Shown here piece after piece: positions 35,221-47,390 of a stretch of DNA of 64,000 bases. The notes under the pieces were generated by a model that was not told the origin of the DNA, ran no database searches, and saw only the letters and a program-made list of their open reading frames with translations. A program made the translations under genes and the position numbers. The DNA is taken from contig CDROCS010001000.1 in NCBI GenBank assembly GCA_977020255.1, positions 496,001-560,000 of the forward strand, given 5' to 3'. This stretch comes from Obrimoposthia wandeli. Its lineage: Eukaryota. Within the stretch, counting starts at the first letter, position 1. Each line of letters begins with the position of its first letter.

Positions 35221-38200
35221 TTAAATTCGGAAGTGTCCATAAGCCAGGCTAGCGATTTTTGTTGATTTATGGGAATACATTTGATGGGCTCTTGAAATAA
35301 ATCTAGTTTGCTCAACGCTTTCAATACACCCAGTATCATAAACTTTCCGGTAGGCCTCATTTGTAAGATTGTTTCTTCCCACACCCTTTGCTCTCATTGA
35401 ACATGTATTATTAGATGCATGTAAACTGTAGCATTTAGGGCGTAGGAAAATACAATCATCATACGAAACCTGTCCCTCGCTTTCATCCTTAAATTTCCCG
35501 ATAATATCCTTTAAACCCATAGAGTGTAGAGGATGGTAGCGGGATATTTATGGGTATCTAGTAAGTTGTCCCTAAACATTGCCGGTAATAATTGACTATT
35601 TAAATTAACATTCCTACATTCTAAAAAGAAATAGTCAGTGTTCTCGGCTGCAATTTTGATCTCACAATTAAATTCATGTCGATATTTCTCTAATTCTATG
35701 TATTGAAGCTCGTACATTCTATTTTAGAAATGTCTAAAACCGTTTGACCTATGTAACTTGGTCTATTGAGACAAATTCTCTGTTTTCTTAATAATACTGC
35801 TACCAAGTCATCTGCAATTGTAAAACTACGCTTGAAGTTGTACTTGCTAGTATATGTTATTAGTTTACGCTCATCATTGCAAAACCGTAGACAAATACGT
35901 TTCCGCAAGTCCTCTACAGTTTTTCGAAATAAGCTATTACTTTTTAACTTGTAAAAATCCCGATCGAATTTGCTAGTGGCCAAATTACGCTTTCTAGAAT
36001 TCTTCTCAATATAGTCTTTAAACACAAAGTTTTGACTTAAGCTTATAGCACGATGAATTCGAGTAACTTTCGCTCCCAACTTTAAGTAGAATTGAAGAAG
36101 CCGCCAATGCACAACATAATTCAACTTGTCTTCATGGGTAAACAATAATTTCTTAACCTTTGAATTAGGTGGGCATTGATGAACAGGTGCTACTGGAAGA
36201 TCATCTAATTTATCATGCACATTGGACGGGATTGTTAAGTCAACCTCAACCAAATAGCCGATGTCTGATGAAACTGTATCAACAGTAGCCAACTCTGTCA
36301 TCAACTTATTCAACTCTTCCTCATCATAAACCCACTTAAAGTTGGCATGAGGTAGAGGTTGAGTAAGTGCTCACCCATACAAATTATTAATGTCGATGTA
36401 CAGAATCTCCGTGGATTGATTTTTGACAACATGATGTTTGTTGACAAAAGTCATTCCACCACGTATACCATAATCATACATTTGATACATCGCGGGATCT
36501 TGCAGTAACTCGATATTAATTTTAAGAGTTTTTATTGCTGTTGCCCATGAAATACCAGGTAAACTAAAGAAATGCATGGGATCTAGCCCATCTTCTGCTC
36601 AAGACTTTACACGAAAGGACTCAAAAACATCAGCTAAAAGATAAATGTCTAATTTCATATAATAAAGCATATATTCTAAAAGATTTCGACAATTATTCGC
36701 CCAAAATGTACGGGCCTCATTATAGTCTTGAAGACTTACACTTTCAAATTCAGTTATGGGTGGGATTTCTGTGGGATTTTCTAAATCTGCAAAGGTTTTC
36801 GCAAATTTATACGGAAAAATCCCCTTATCATTAACCGAAGCTGGGAACACTGACTATGTGATTGGCCATGCATTTAAAGATGTCGTTAAATTTTTTAAAG
36901 ACCCGCTCAAAAACTGCAGAGAACCTATGAATCTTAAACTGCAGAATTCAGTATATGCAGTTAAAGATAAATATTTATCTGAAGTTTGAGGTATACATGG
37001 AATTTCCCAAGAGCTTAATGTACCCAACGCATATCCTTTGAGGTTATGAAACACGATGGGAATTCGTGGTTTTTTAGGGAGACGACGGCCAAGGTTACAG
37101 AGGTTGCACGCCGCTCCCAAGTATCGCCCCGTAACATGATCGTGATCTCTGACTATTTTAGACTGGGTTCCACACAAATAACATAATCTACAAGAATTAA
37201 AATTAACCCAGTATATGCCTGTCATGATCATTGCTTGATGAGCATTAAGATCATACCACGGTTTGACAATTGTTGTTCCTAATTCCTCTAATTTTAACAT
37301 AAAATCTAAAATACAATTTATGATACTGGGTAATATTGGGACCTAATAATAGTAGTCCTGCCGAAGCCAGTAGGTGAATACTCTCATACTGGTCGTGCAA
37401 TGCTAAAATTGACTCAAAATCTGCATACACCCTGAATTCTACGGGTATGCATTTTGCCCAATCCCTGAATTTTAAATCCTTATCCTTAGGCATGCTATAT
37501 AGCTTATTGTCATCAGGATTCAGTGAACATAATGTCAGATGTTTGCTGTAAGAGAGCTCGGATCGGAATCCATGCAAACATCTATGACACCACTTACACC
37601 TTATCCTAAACGGTAAGGCTCCATTATCTAAATTTAAAAGACGATCTAAACTGGGAATTGCAGCATAATGGAATTTATTATTCTGTTCGAGCAAAATTAA
37701 GTTGACCTGAGTCTCCTCATTTTTACTCCTATAAATTACATCTACCAAAGGATTTTTAAATATTTCTTCATCTGTTACATTAACTGAGATATCAGTATTA
37801 TATTTGAATACATTAATACTCAAGTTATTAAGATGTTCAAATCTTGATATCGCAGTTAATTTAACAGGAAAATCTATTCCATGATACTGCAATTCATTTA
37901 AAAAGGGGTATATTTAGTGACACGTTCTCTATGCTCAGTAATTACACCTTTTTCGAGGATGGCCAACACGCTATACAGAAAGCAAAGGTTATCACTGTTT
38001 TGTATGTTAACAATGGAACGTGAAAGTTGAAGAGATCTATATGAAGGAATGTATGAACTCCCCGAAAGATATATCATGTCAGTGAACTTTGTTAGAACAA
38101 AGCTAACATCGTGAATTCTAACTAGATTCCATCCACTACTTAACTCGCTATAATTAGCAATTTTTTCATCTAAGTTTCTTCCAATTTCAGTTACAAAATT

Positions 38201-39766
38201 ATCATAGAAAACAGTTGCTTTATGCAAAATTACCCAAGTTTTAGTCTCCTCATTGACATTTTTAAACAGCACTGTTGCACAAAATTGAACCTTAGCCTGT
38301 CCTAATTTAGTCACTTCTATTTTTAAAAGATTTTCAATATTTGAATCTACACCTACGTTTAATAAAATTTCATTTCCTAATGGCACCTTAATTATAACAT
38401 ATTTATTATTTAGGTGATACTCTATAGTAGCACCGTTTTCTCTACATGTGTTTGGTGGGACCTAATTAAGAAATTGGCCTCGCCTCTTTCTTCCTATAGT
38501 CGCTGACAAACCTCCCCCTAATTGAACGGGAAGACAACTATTTATATTAAATCTTGAAGTTGGTGCTGCTGATGTTGAGGCAATCGCAGCTGATGTGGAA
38601 GGTGCTGCTATTGGATATGCTGCTGTAGTAGATGCTGCTGTAGTAAGTGCTGCCGCAGTTGTAGATGCTACATTTGGAGTAGTAGCCGACGAAGAAGCGG
38701 CTGTTGTAGAGGATGATGCTGCTGAAATAAATATATTAAAAAATAAATATATTTCTAAAAATTATTACCTCTAAGGCATGCTAACATCGATGTATGCACT
38801 CGCGATGGTGGCGGCATAGCTGTTGTAGCGGAAGACGGTTGTATGACGGTAGTCGCTGGCATTGGCGATGAAGAAGCGACTGTTGTAGAGGTTGAAACTG
38901 CTGAAAAAATATATTAAAAAATAAATATATTTTTAAATATTATTACCTCTAAGACATCGATGTAGGAACTCGTGATGGGGGAGGCATAGCTGTCGTAGCG
39001 GATGACGGCTGTATCACGGTATTTCCTGAATAAAAATAAAAATAAAATATATATAATTACAATTTATAAAAAGAATCTGAAAAATAATAAAAAAAACCTA
39101 ATGAAAGCAATCCAACTGGAGCTGGAATGAAGTCCTCTTCATTTATGGAATCCATCCAGCTGTCGTCCGTTATCTCGACGAAATCGGATTCCTCGATGGT
39201 TTCCAACCATGAGTTATCGCTCCACTGAGGCTGCTCCATCTTGAAATCTGACTGGGTGATATTTTACATCCAGTCATTGTTTGAGAATTGGGTTGCTGGC
39301 TCCATCTCCTCAAAATCTTCTTCGGAGATGTCGTTCATCCACTCATTGTTAGACATTTGAGTAGATGGGGCAGCAGCAGAATCAGGAGCCGGGACAGAAG
39401 GACCAATGGCAGGACCGTAAAAGGGTTGATCGACTGCAACTGGAATTGGAGGTGGAGCGGCCTACGAATCGCGCAACAATTGGACGATATCCCTCTTCTT
39501 GTTGTTGGCCGTGAAACACGATAGATGAGCTCGATGTTCACCGAAGAATTCTCGAAACTCCTTCTCCTCCATTGTTCCGAAGAAGGGGCAGACGAAGAAG
39601 TGAAGCCCGCGAGACTTTTTCCGATAGTAGGCGGACATTATCTCCATGCAGGTCTCTTCTCCATGCGGAGCCGAAGCACCACAATATGCTGGAAACAGGA
39701 TACAAGTAATCTGAAATAAGAAATATTAATAAGGAAATAATAAAAATAAATTCTTACCATAGACAT
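35221..39766 (-). pseudogene. Protein-primed DNA polymerase B (family C) with a spliced N-terminal leader; multiple stops and frameshifts
   Basis: Leader exons lead into TP (SSGW), vOTU-like (NIQNSDNLCFLYSVLA), CHRCLHGF and VYADFES. Then endonuclease VII (CYLC..RDHDHVTGRYLGAACNLCN), FHNLKGY, YMKLDIYLLAD, YIDINNLYG, KLKSNSLF.K, ENTDY (degenerate DTDS), LRPKCYS and the terminal AYGHFRI. Confidence 0.93.
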
Positions 39767-39805
39767 TATTTCAAATTGTCGGGGATTTAAATGAAGAAGA
39801 ATTGT

Positions 39806-40278
39806 TTATCTACATGTCAAGTAATAATAAGAAAGACTTAAACATTTTTTATATGCACAATGGTCACCATGATTACGATATGGACAGCAAATATTTCGTG
39901 GAATTTTTAATAGATGATCACGTGAAATATTTAAAGTATTCAACCTCAATTTGGGAAAATATTTATTTTGCCATCCATTTCATCTAAAACATAAAAAAAT
40001 CCATTTTCAATATCAAAATTAGATTTTATTGTATCGAAAATACATATTTCACAAATAGCCTTATGTCCTTCTTTCCATTTTAACAAATGAAAATAATTAG
40101 TTAGATATAAATTAGTAAATTTTTTCTTATAATCTAAACTTTTAAACGGGATATCTATTTGAAATATGAAATGCAAAGGATGAAAAACGTCGCATACATC
40201 CATAATACATAATTCTTTTATAATATAATCACCATTTTTGTTAATGAAAGCCTCAAAATCTATGATATATTCCTGCAT
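39806..40278 (-). pseudogene. DEDD-superfamily / Maelstrom-like nuclease-domain protein (one frameshift)
   Basis: N-terminal YIIDFEAF...IIKELCI (Exo I DxE). After the shift it reads NICCPYRNHGDHCAYKKC, a Cys/His cluster. Confidence 0.6.
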
Positions 40279-40377
40279 AATTATCTAAATTTGCAGCAAA
40301 TCCCGTTGTTTATAACGAAAAAAGAAAAAAGAAATTATTAAAATAACAAAGTATTCAGGATTCAATCCTTCATGTTT

Positions 40378-40860
40378 CCAACCTGCTGTTGTCGCTCCAC
40401 TGAGGCTGCTTCATTTAGAAATCTGACTGGGTGATATTTTCCATCCAGTCATTGTTCGAGAATTGGGTTGCTGGCGCCAACTCCTCAAAATCTTCTTGGG
40501 AGATGTCGTTCATCCACTCATTGTTAATCATTTGAGTGGATGAGGCAGCTGCAGAATCAGAAGACGTGAGAGAAGGACCAATCGCAGGACCGAAGATGGG
40601 TTGAACGACTGCAACTGGAACTCTTAAACGATATATCTATATGAAATATGAAATCCAAAGGATGAAAAACGTCGCATACATTCATAATACATAATTCTTT
40701 TATAATATAATATCCATTTTTGTTAATGAAAGCCTCAAAATCTATGATATATTCTTGCATAATTACCCAAATTTGTAGCAAATCCCTTTGTTTATAACGA
40801 ATAAAAAAACCATTCATCAAAAATTTATTAAAATAACAAAGTACTCAGGATTAATATTTT
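40378..40860 (-). repeat. Chimeric internal duplication: 5' part of the nuclease gene (40621-40860) fused to a copy of the acidic leader exon (40378-40620)
   Basis: 40378-40620 is similar to about 39203-39446; 40621-40860 is similar to about 40140-40375. Confidence 0.85.
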
Positions 40861-41262
40861 CATGTTAAGATTTGTATATATTGTCAATTATCCTATGAAT
40901 ATTAAAATAAATTATATTAAATGTAAACATACCTAAATATTTCGAAATTAAATTACATAATTTATATCCAACAATTTCCTCAGTATCATTATCTGAAAAG
41001 TAATTTTTTTTATAATCTTCCATTAAATCCGGAGATAATTTTATGTATAATTTATTTCAAATTTTATTATCCATTTTACAAAAACATTATATATAAAATT
41101 GTTTATATTTAGTATGCTTATGTAAAATATTTAGACAATTATATAAAATATTTAGACAATTATGTAACATAATCAACAAAGACAAAATAATATTCAAAAA
41201 ATTAATTTTTTTGGATAAGGACCCTCTTCCGGTTTAATCTGGAGGATTCTCTTTTTTGCTGC

Positions 41263-41523
41263 TCACCGATTATCCTCCATCTTTTCTCTTCTTTTTTCAT
41301 CCACCTTCCTTTTTTCAAATTCGATCTTCTTGTTCCACTCCACGATCCGACGTCGTTCTGCTAGCCGCCTATCTTGTATCTCCACCCGGCGATTCCACTC
41401 GGTCGCGACAGCAGCATACAAATTTTGATTGAGGACACTCTTTCTTAAGTCCCCTTTCTTCTCATTTATTCTGATGTTTGCTTCTATCTTCGCTACCAAG
41501 CTTTGCAATTTAATGAATTTCAT
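41263..41523 (-). CDS. 86-aa charged coiled-coil Maverick protein
   Basis: Intact ORF, E/K/R-rich; two more decayed copies at 12710 and 16690. Confidence 0.7.
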   Translation of the reverse strand: MKFIKLQSLVAKIEANIRINEKKGDLRKSVLNQNLYAAVATEWNRRVEIQDRRLAERRRIVEWNKKIEFEKRKVDEKRREKMEDNR

Positions 41524-41544
41524 TTTTTAATTATGAAGATGTTA

Positions 41545-41600
41545 ATAAATTTGAACCTATATATATATAAATTTAAGACATTTTTAATCCAATCACAAGC
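41545..41600 (-). promoter_or_regulatory. Conserved GATTGG plus TATA-like promoter upstream of the coiled-coil gene
   Basis: The minus strand TGTGATTGGATTAAAAAT...AAATTTATATATATATAGGTTCAAATTT is almost the same as 12636-12686 upstream of the element A copy. Confidence 0.6.
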
Positions 41601-41761
41601 AATGAAATTATATTTTTTTATGTATCAAATGAGAGTTTAATAAATCTATAACTAATCATTGCATTTATATTTAAACCTAAAACATTTTAAAAGATTCCTT
41701 ATTAATCCAATCACAGTCGAATAATTAAAATTCTGTATTAGACCGGACACATCCACCTACT

Positions 41762-42144
41762 GTTATTGATGATTATATCAAGTGGCTAACAAAGAATCTG
41801 ATTTTAATAATTTATTTACAAAAATTGCAAGACATAGAGAAGTTACTGTAATTTTTATAACACAAAATTTATTTCATCAAGAATGAAATCATCGTACTCA
41901 TAATCTTAATGTACATTATTTGATTTTATTTAAAAATCATAGAGATCAAACAGTGATAGATTTTATTGCTCGTCAAGCATTTCCTCATAACAATAGTTAT
42001 TTAATTGATGCGTTTCATGATGCTACATCTTTACCACATGGTTATTTATTTTTAAATTTTACTCAATCATGTCCTGATGATTTAAGAATTGTTACTGATA
42101 TATTTAACCGTAATGGTATTACAGTCTATAAACAAAAGAAATAA
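41762..42144 (+). pseudogene. 3' part of a second packaging ATPase, abutting the right terminus of element C
   Basis: VIDDLYQVANKESDFNNLFTKIARHREVT...PHGYLFLNFTQSCPDDLRIVTDIF aligns to 29935-30333. Confidence 0.9.
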
Positions 42145-42689
42145 TTTAAAAAGTTTAAATATATATTAAGATATTAAGATGATAATCTAATTTGTTTGAA
42201 TAATTTGTTTTATTTACATATTAAACAATGTGATTAAATTGATTTGGTATTATAATTTATTGACTAAGCTTTCAGTTTCTTTACTATTATTTTCATGTCT
42301 TTGAAAATAATTTTGCAATATTCGATAAACAGAGAATAAAATTGTTTGTTGAGTTAATTTACTAAATTTGTATATATAAATATATTTTCGAATAGTTAAA
42401 AAGAGAAACAAATAATGATAATTTCAAATTATATTTATGAATATATTTTTATAACCAAGTTATTTGAAAATAAAGAATTCAAATTTATCTAATTATTTAA
42501 AAATATTTCAATTAAGGAATGTTATTTAATTGCGGGAGTGTGTATGAACTGTTAACTTTAGAGCAAGTACATGAAGGTAAAATATGAAAAATCACATCTT
42601 AATTATTATAATTTTCATCAGATTGTTACATCATCTTCATTGATTGATATTATTAATTTATAATTAGCTAGTACTCACTTACAGTTTTA

Positions 42690-43160
42690 CATTCACTTGC
42701 AAATACTCTTACTTGTATTTGCATTCACTTCCATTCATACTTGCATTAAAATTCATTAATATTTTTTTATAATTTTCCTTCATACCGATAAACTTAGTGT
42801 TGTTTTCTATTAATCTAGCTGTAACTTAGTCGTTCTAACTTTTAACATAATTCAGTATCACTGCTTCTTATAGTTGCTTTCTTGTTATTAATCTAACTGT
42901 CACCTTTATTTATACGAAAACTCTATATTGATTTACTTATAGTCTAAATTACACTAGTATTCAATCATACTCTTAGATTCACTTGCATTAGACTCTTACT
43001 TGTATTTGCTTTCACTTGCATTCATACTTGCATTCATTTACATTCATTCTAACTTTAATTTATTCAAACTATTATTCAAAATCATTAATATTTTACTAAT
43101 TTTCTTTCATACTTTTCATTCGGCAATATATGTACTTGCATTCATTGTTAATTGTACTTG
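42690..43160. repeat. Degenerate low-complexity repeats (TTCACTTGCATTCATACTTGCATT), about 57-bp direct repeat at 42691 and 42977
   Basis: ATTCACTTGCA..(T/G)ACTCTTACTTGTATTTGC.TTCACTT.CATTCATACTTGCATT occurs twice. Confidence 0.7.
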
Positions 43161-44899
43161 CTTTATTTACATATAAACTTGTAGTAATTCATACAATCGA
43201 TAATAATTTTTAGTGTTCTTACAAGAGATTTTTAATATTTTAGAAAGTCAAATAATAAATAGAAATTCTAAGTAAATAACATAATTAAATATTTGGTATT
43301 CTAATCTATAAACAAAACTTTCAGTAACTTTGAATAACATGACGTATTTTAAACATTCAGAAGAAAAACTCTCAGCAAATATGGTTTAGAACCACTTAAC
43401 ATTTTAGCATTCCTGGGTTCTTTAAAAATGTTAAAACATAAGGTTGAACTGATGCAGGATCTTGAAATGTACAACATGATTTCTAAAAAAATTTGTACTT
43501 CAATATCATATTTAAAAAAAAATTATATCAAAATAAATTTTGTTTGATGTTTTAAAACAAATAGTTTAAATAAATTAATAAAATTATTGAAAATTTTGCA
43601 TAAATTAAAATATTTATAAAAAATATAGTTAAGTATTTTGAGCTTAGATATTTTAATATTTTATTTTAAAAAACTTGTTAAATTGAAATTTGTTTAACTT
43701 TAACAAAAACTAACAAATTAATTTGGCAAAAATTTAAATTAAAAAATATTATTTTTTTTGAAATTACAAGTATTTTTATTTTATCCCTTAACTTATCCAT
43801 GATCATAAGGTTATGATTGACCTCAATTTTGATAAACAAATGTTCCAAATCTGACCCCTAACTTGTGGACGACCATAATCATTTTACATGATTAAACGCA
43901 CAATATTTTGATAATCACAACCATGTACTTAAAACTTTGAAATCCCAACTTTTTTTACCTCTTTATTTATGATCAACCATACCTTTATGGATGAATTTTC
44001 CTTCTAAAGATGATTCCAACCATGTACTAAAACCTTGATATTTTAAACTTGAATTTGTTTATAGCCCGACACCTTGATTTATGGATGACATAACCCTTTA
44101 AATGCGTTAGTCAACTATAGATGACCCCAATTATACCTTCAAACCTTCAAGTCAAAACTGAGTCCGCCCCTTTCATCTATGGACGACCACAATCCTTTGG
44201 GTATGTTGGTCGACCATAGAGGGCCTGGACCATACCTTCAAATCTCCATAACTTTTCTGAGCCAGACCATTATGGTGTGGCAAGACACCCTTATCGTGTG
44301 ACACCCTTTGACATTGTGTGGCACACAGGTGAGGGTCAAGTGATCTAGACTTCATCCTTCTACCTACTTGATTCATTATCAAGTATTGAATGTTTAACCT
44401 GTGTACAATGTCAGACAATTCATTCAGTCCTTAAGTTATCTAATTTTAAAACAATATTAATGGCTTTAGTTTCAGAAAAAGAAGGTGAACAATTGCATCA
44501 ACATAATGAAGAAATTATAGAAATGAAGAATATAATCGATGAAGGCTTAGACGATTTTGAGGTTGAAAACGAGATATAAAATACAGAAGAAGAAAAAATA
44601 TGGATACGATAAACGTTAAAATTGAATTTATTTTTGAAATATCGTGAAGAATTATGCCATGTATATAGTGTAAAACTAAAGAAATTTAAAAGAGTATTTC
44701 AATATGAAAATAGTGATAAATTAAATGAAAAAAGTAAGATAAAGCTGAAATGGTCAAATTACAATATCAAATGCAGGCAAAACTATGAAACAACGGAAAA
44801 ACCACAGAATAGTAATATTTTTGAGTCCCATTTTTGTCGATCATTTTGGATTATTGTTGACCAATGCTGACAAAGGTACATAAAAAAATATATTAGCTA

Positions 44900-45720
44900 T
44901 TATAGACCAGGCAAACAAATCTTCAGCATTAGACTGAATGAGTGTCATGAGAAGAATTAAACCGTTAATTTTTGAAGCCAGCCTTGATGAATTCATTCGG
45001 ATACTTCATTTCATAATTAACTGGATATTGGGAAATATTGATTTGTAAGATAAGATTATCAACTTCGTTCATTGCCACTCAATATTTCCATCTTCAATTT
45101 TCAAATTTGGCAGGAAAAAGTCGTATTTGTTGCGTCCATACCTGGCAATGAATCATTTGATGAACCGAAGTAAGCCCCGATGCAGCTAAGTCAAATGAAA
45201 ATGTGTGCTACATCGCTTGGGAAGCCGATTCCCATGGCCATTTTTGAACTTTTATAACATTTCGGTGCTGGATGACTAAAGTTATCTTACATTTGACAGT
45301 TTGACTTCTTCTCTGCATAGTTCCTGGAAATGTGCCTTCTCTTTCCTCAACAGAAACATTGAACTCTTGTATTGTTTTCCTGCTTGCTTATTTGCTAAGA
45401 AATGCGGAACTTCCAGTTGCGTTAATAAACTATCTGGCTTCTTGTCGTTTCGTTGTCCGGGACTTCGCATCATATATGTGCTTATCAATAGTGTCGTTGC
45501 AGCAGTTGATCAAGATCTCCAGCGCATCGGTAGGTAACCCTGCATCAAATGCCAGATTGAGAACTTATTCGTAGGTTTCCGCTTTGAAGGGTAATTTCCT
45601 TCGGCATGTTGCAAAACAGTCAACTGAAGCGCTTGTAAGCTTTGGTTTTGTTTATCGCAAAGGTACATATGATCCTTGTTTCACAATTCTTCAAATTAAT
45701 AGAAGTGGAAGAACCGCTCA
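44900..45720 (-). mobile_element. Highly degenerate DNA-transposon transposase, possibly piggyBac-like
   Basis: Minus-strand FDAGLPTDALEILINCCND and FPGTMQRR weakly resemble piggyBac motifs (FFTDE+LE.IV..TN; F..TMSR.RF); many stops. Confidence 0.3.
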
Positions 45721-46379
45721 AAAATAGAAGAATCACATTGAGCTCATTTTCATTTTACTTCACTCAGACGCTCATCGATATTAGTATTTTCACTGAAGTT
45801 CGTAATTAGTTTTATTATTTGATCATTCATATATTTCTTCTTTATTCCGTAACGCTGAAATAAAATTTAAACCTAATTTACTAACTTTTTAAAATTATTT
45901 TTGAACACAATTTTAACCAGTTTGCACTACTTTATTTAAATTGGTTAATAAGAAATAAAGACACATTTTGTGACTAAAACAAATATTAACATCAATTACA
46001 AAAAAAGAAAATAAATGAAAAATTTTGACGAATTTTTTACCACAATTAAAACTATTGATTTTTCTTCAATATTTACATTTTTGAGCACATATAAACCGAA
46101 ATGTAATTTGTACTTTGGTTTTGTCTACTGGAAAATAACGGTAATAATCAAATACTCAATTGTTGACAACAGCCACTTTGAACTCCGATCAGTCACTTGG
46201 ATAAGCACTCATTTGAAGTCTCCTCAAAATGTAAGTAGTAATATTTTTATTACGATTTAATTATTGCAATTTTATAATATTTACTTAAGCGTAGTTTTTA
46301 ATTTAAACTTAATATTTCTATCCGTGATTCAACAAATATTTTAGTTTGTAAAATATTTTCTTTTTAGATTGTCTTTTGT

Positions 46380-47300
46380 AGTTGGGTAATATTTCGTTTT
46401 AAATTCCAGTATTAATCAGTAATCACTCTTGGTAGCGTCTTTCTATTTCCTCAATGGAAACGTTAAAAATGTTCTTCACATAATGCTATAAAATTCTCTA
46501 CCCACCGTATTTTTACATTTTGCTTTCATAAATGATTTTAAAAAATTCGAAATCTATTTTTGTATTGATTTCAAATCTACTCTCGAAATTCTTCTGCCAC
46601 CTACAGATTTTAAGATAAATTCTTTCTGGTAAGTTTTTTAATTTTCATAGATTTATAATTTTACAAATACATGGTTTATAATATTTTCAATAAAAACTTT
46701 TGGTTACATTTAATTATAAAAACGTGCAAAATATTTATTTTGCCATAAAAACGTAGTTACATCAAAAATCCTCAACATTTTTATTAAATTTGTGGCAAGG
46801 TGGTGATTAAAATTCAATGAACTGCAATAACATCCAAACTTTCAGAAGCATATTTAAAATATTTCGAATATGTTATTTGATGCAAAGATAAAGCAAGGGT
46901 TTAAAGCAGTCTGCTTGGAAATTTTGAAAACAGACTAAAATTTCACTATAATTTTTCGAAATCATATTTAATCACCAAAAATCGTGTTGTACGGTGTTAT
47001 GCTTTTTTATACTATGCTGATTCTTAATAATTCATACTATACATGCATGTTTATTATATAGTTGTAGAAATCTGAGACTAAATGAACCACAAAAAGAGTT
47101 ATGCTAAATCGCTTTACCATGTTGAAGAATTGAGTTTCAGAAACATGAAATTATTTTAAATGCTTAAGAAAACAGTTATTAAACATCTCAAAACTTGTAA
47201 CAAACGCATACAATTTCTGATTTCTACTCCACAATTTTGTAGCGTTATTTTCAGTTAGGGTAAACAACTGTGGGTTGCTAAATGTGTGAAATCACTAGTC
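46380..47300 (-). mobile_element. Non-LTR retrotransposon RT C-terminal remnant (R4/RTE-like)
   Basis: Minus-strand RIYLKSVGGRRI resembles the RLYL.R..GGRGL motif downstream of RT. Confidence 0.45.
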
Positions 47301-47390
47301 AGAAATTAGAATTTTACTACAAGAACTGAACGTAACGTCTTCAACCTTTAGTCTTTATATAATGCATATTGAGCCATTTTTGGGAAGCTG

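Larger units (their letters stand above)
27510..41761. mobile_element. Near-complete Maverick/Polinton (adintovirus-like) element C, about 14.25 kb, decayed
   Basis: Full core set (integrase, ATPase, penton, PZ-like, MCP, adenain, pPolB). Ends 27510-27534 and 41737-41761 are 25-bp inverted repeats with 1 mismatch, beginning AGTAGG. No matching 6-bp TSD (AGCGTC vs GTTATT). Confidence 0.95.

Noticed and set aside
35600-35670. AAENTDY in place of the pPolB YxDTDS motif as a novel catalytic variant
   Set aside because: This copy has many other inactivating changes, and single substitutions (GAC to AAC, TCT to TAT) explain it. Intact copies would be needed to claim a natural variant.
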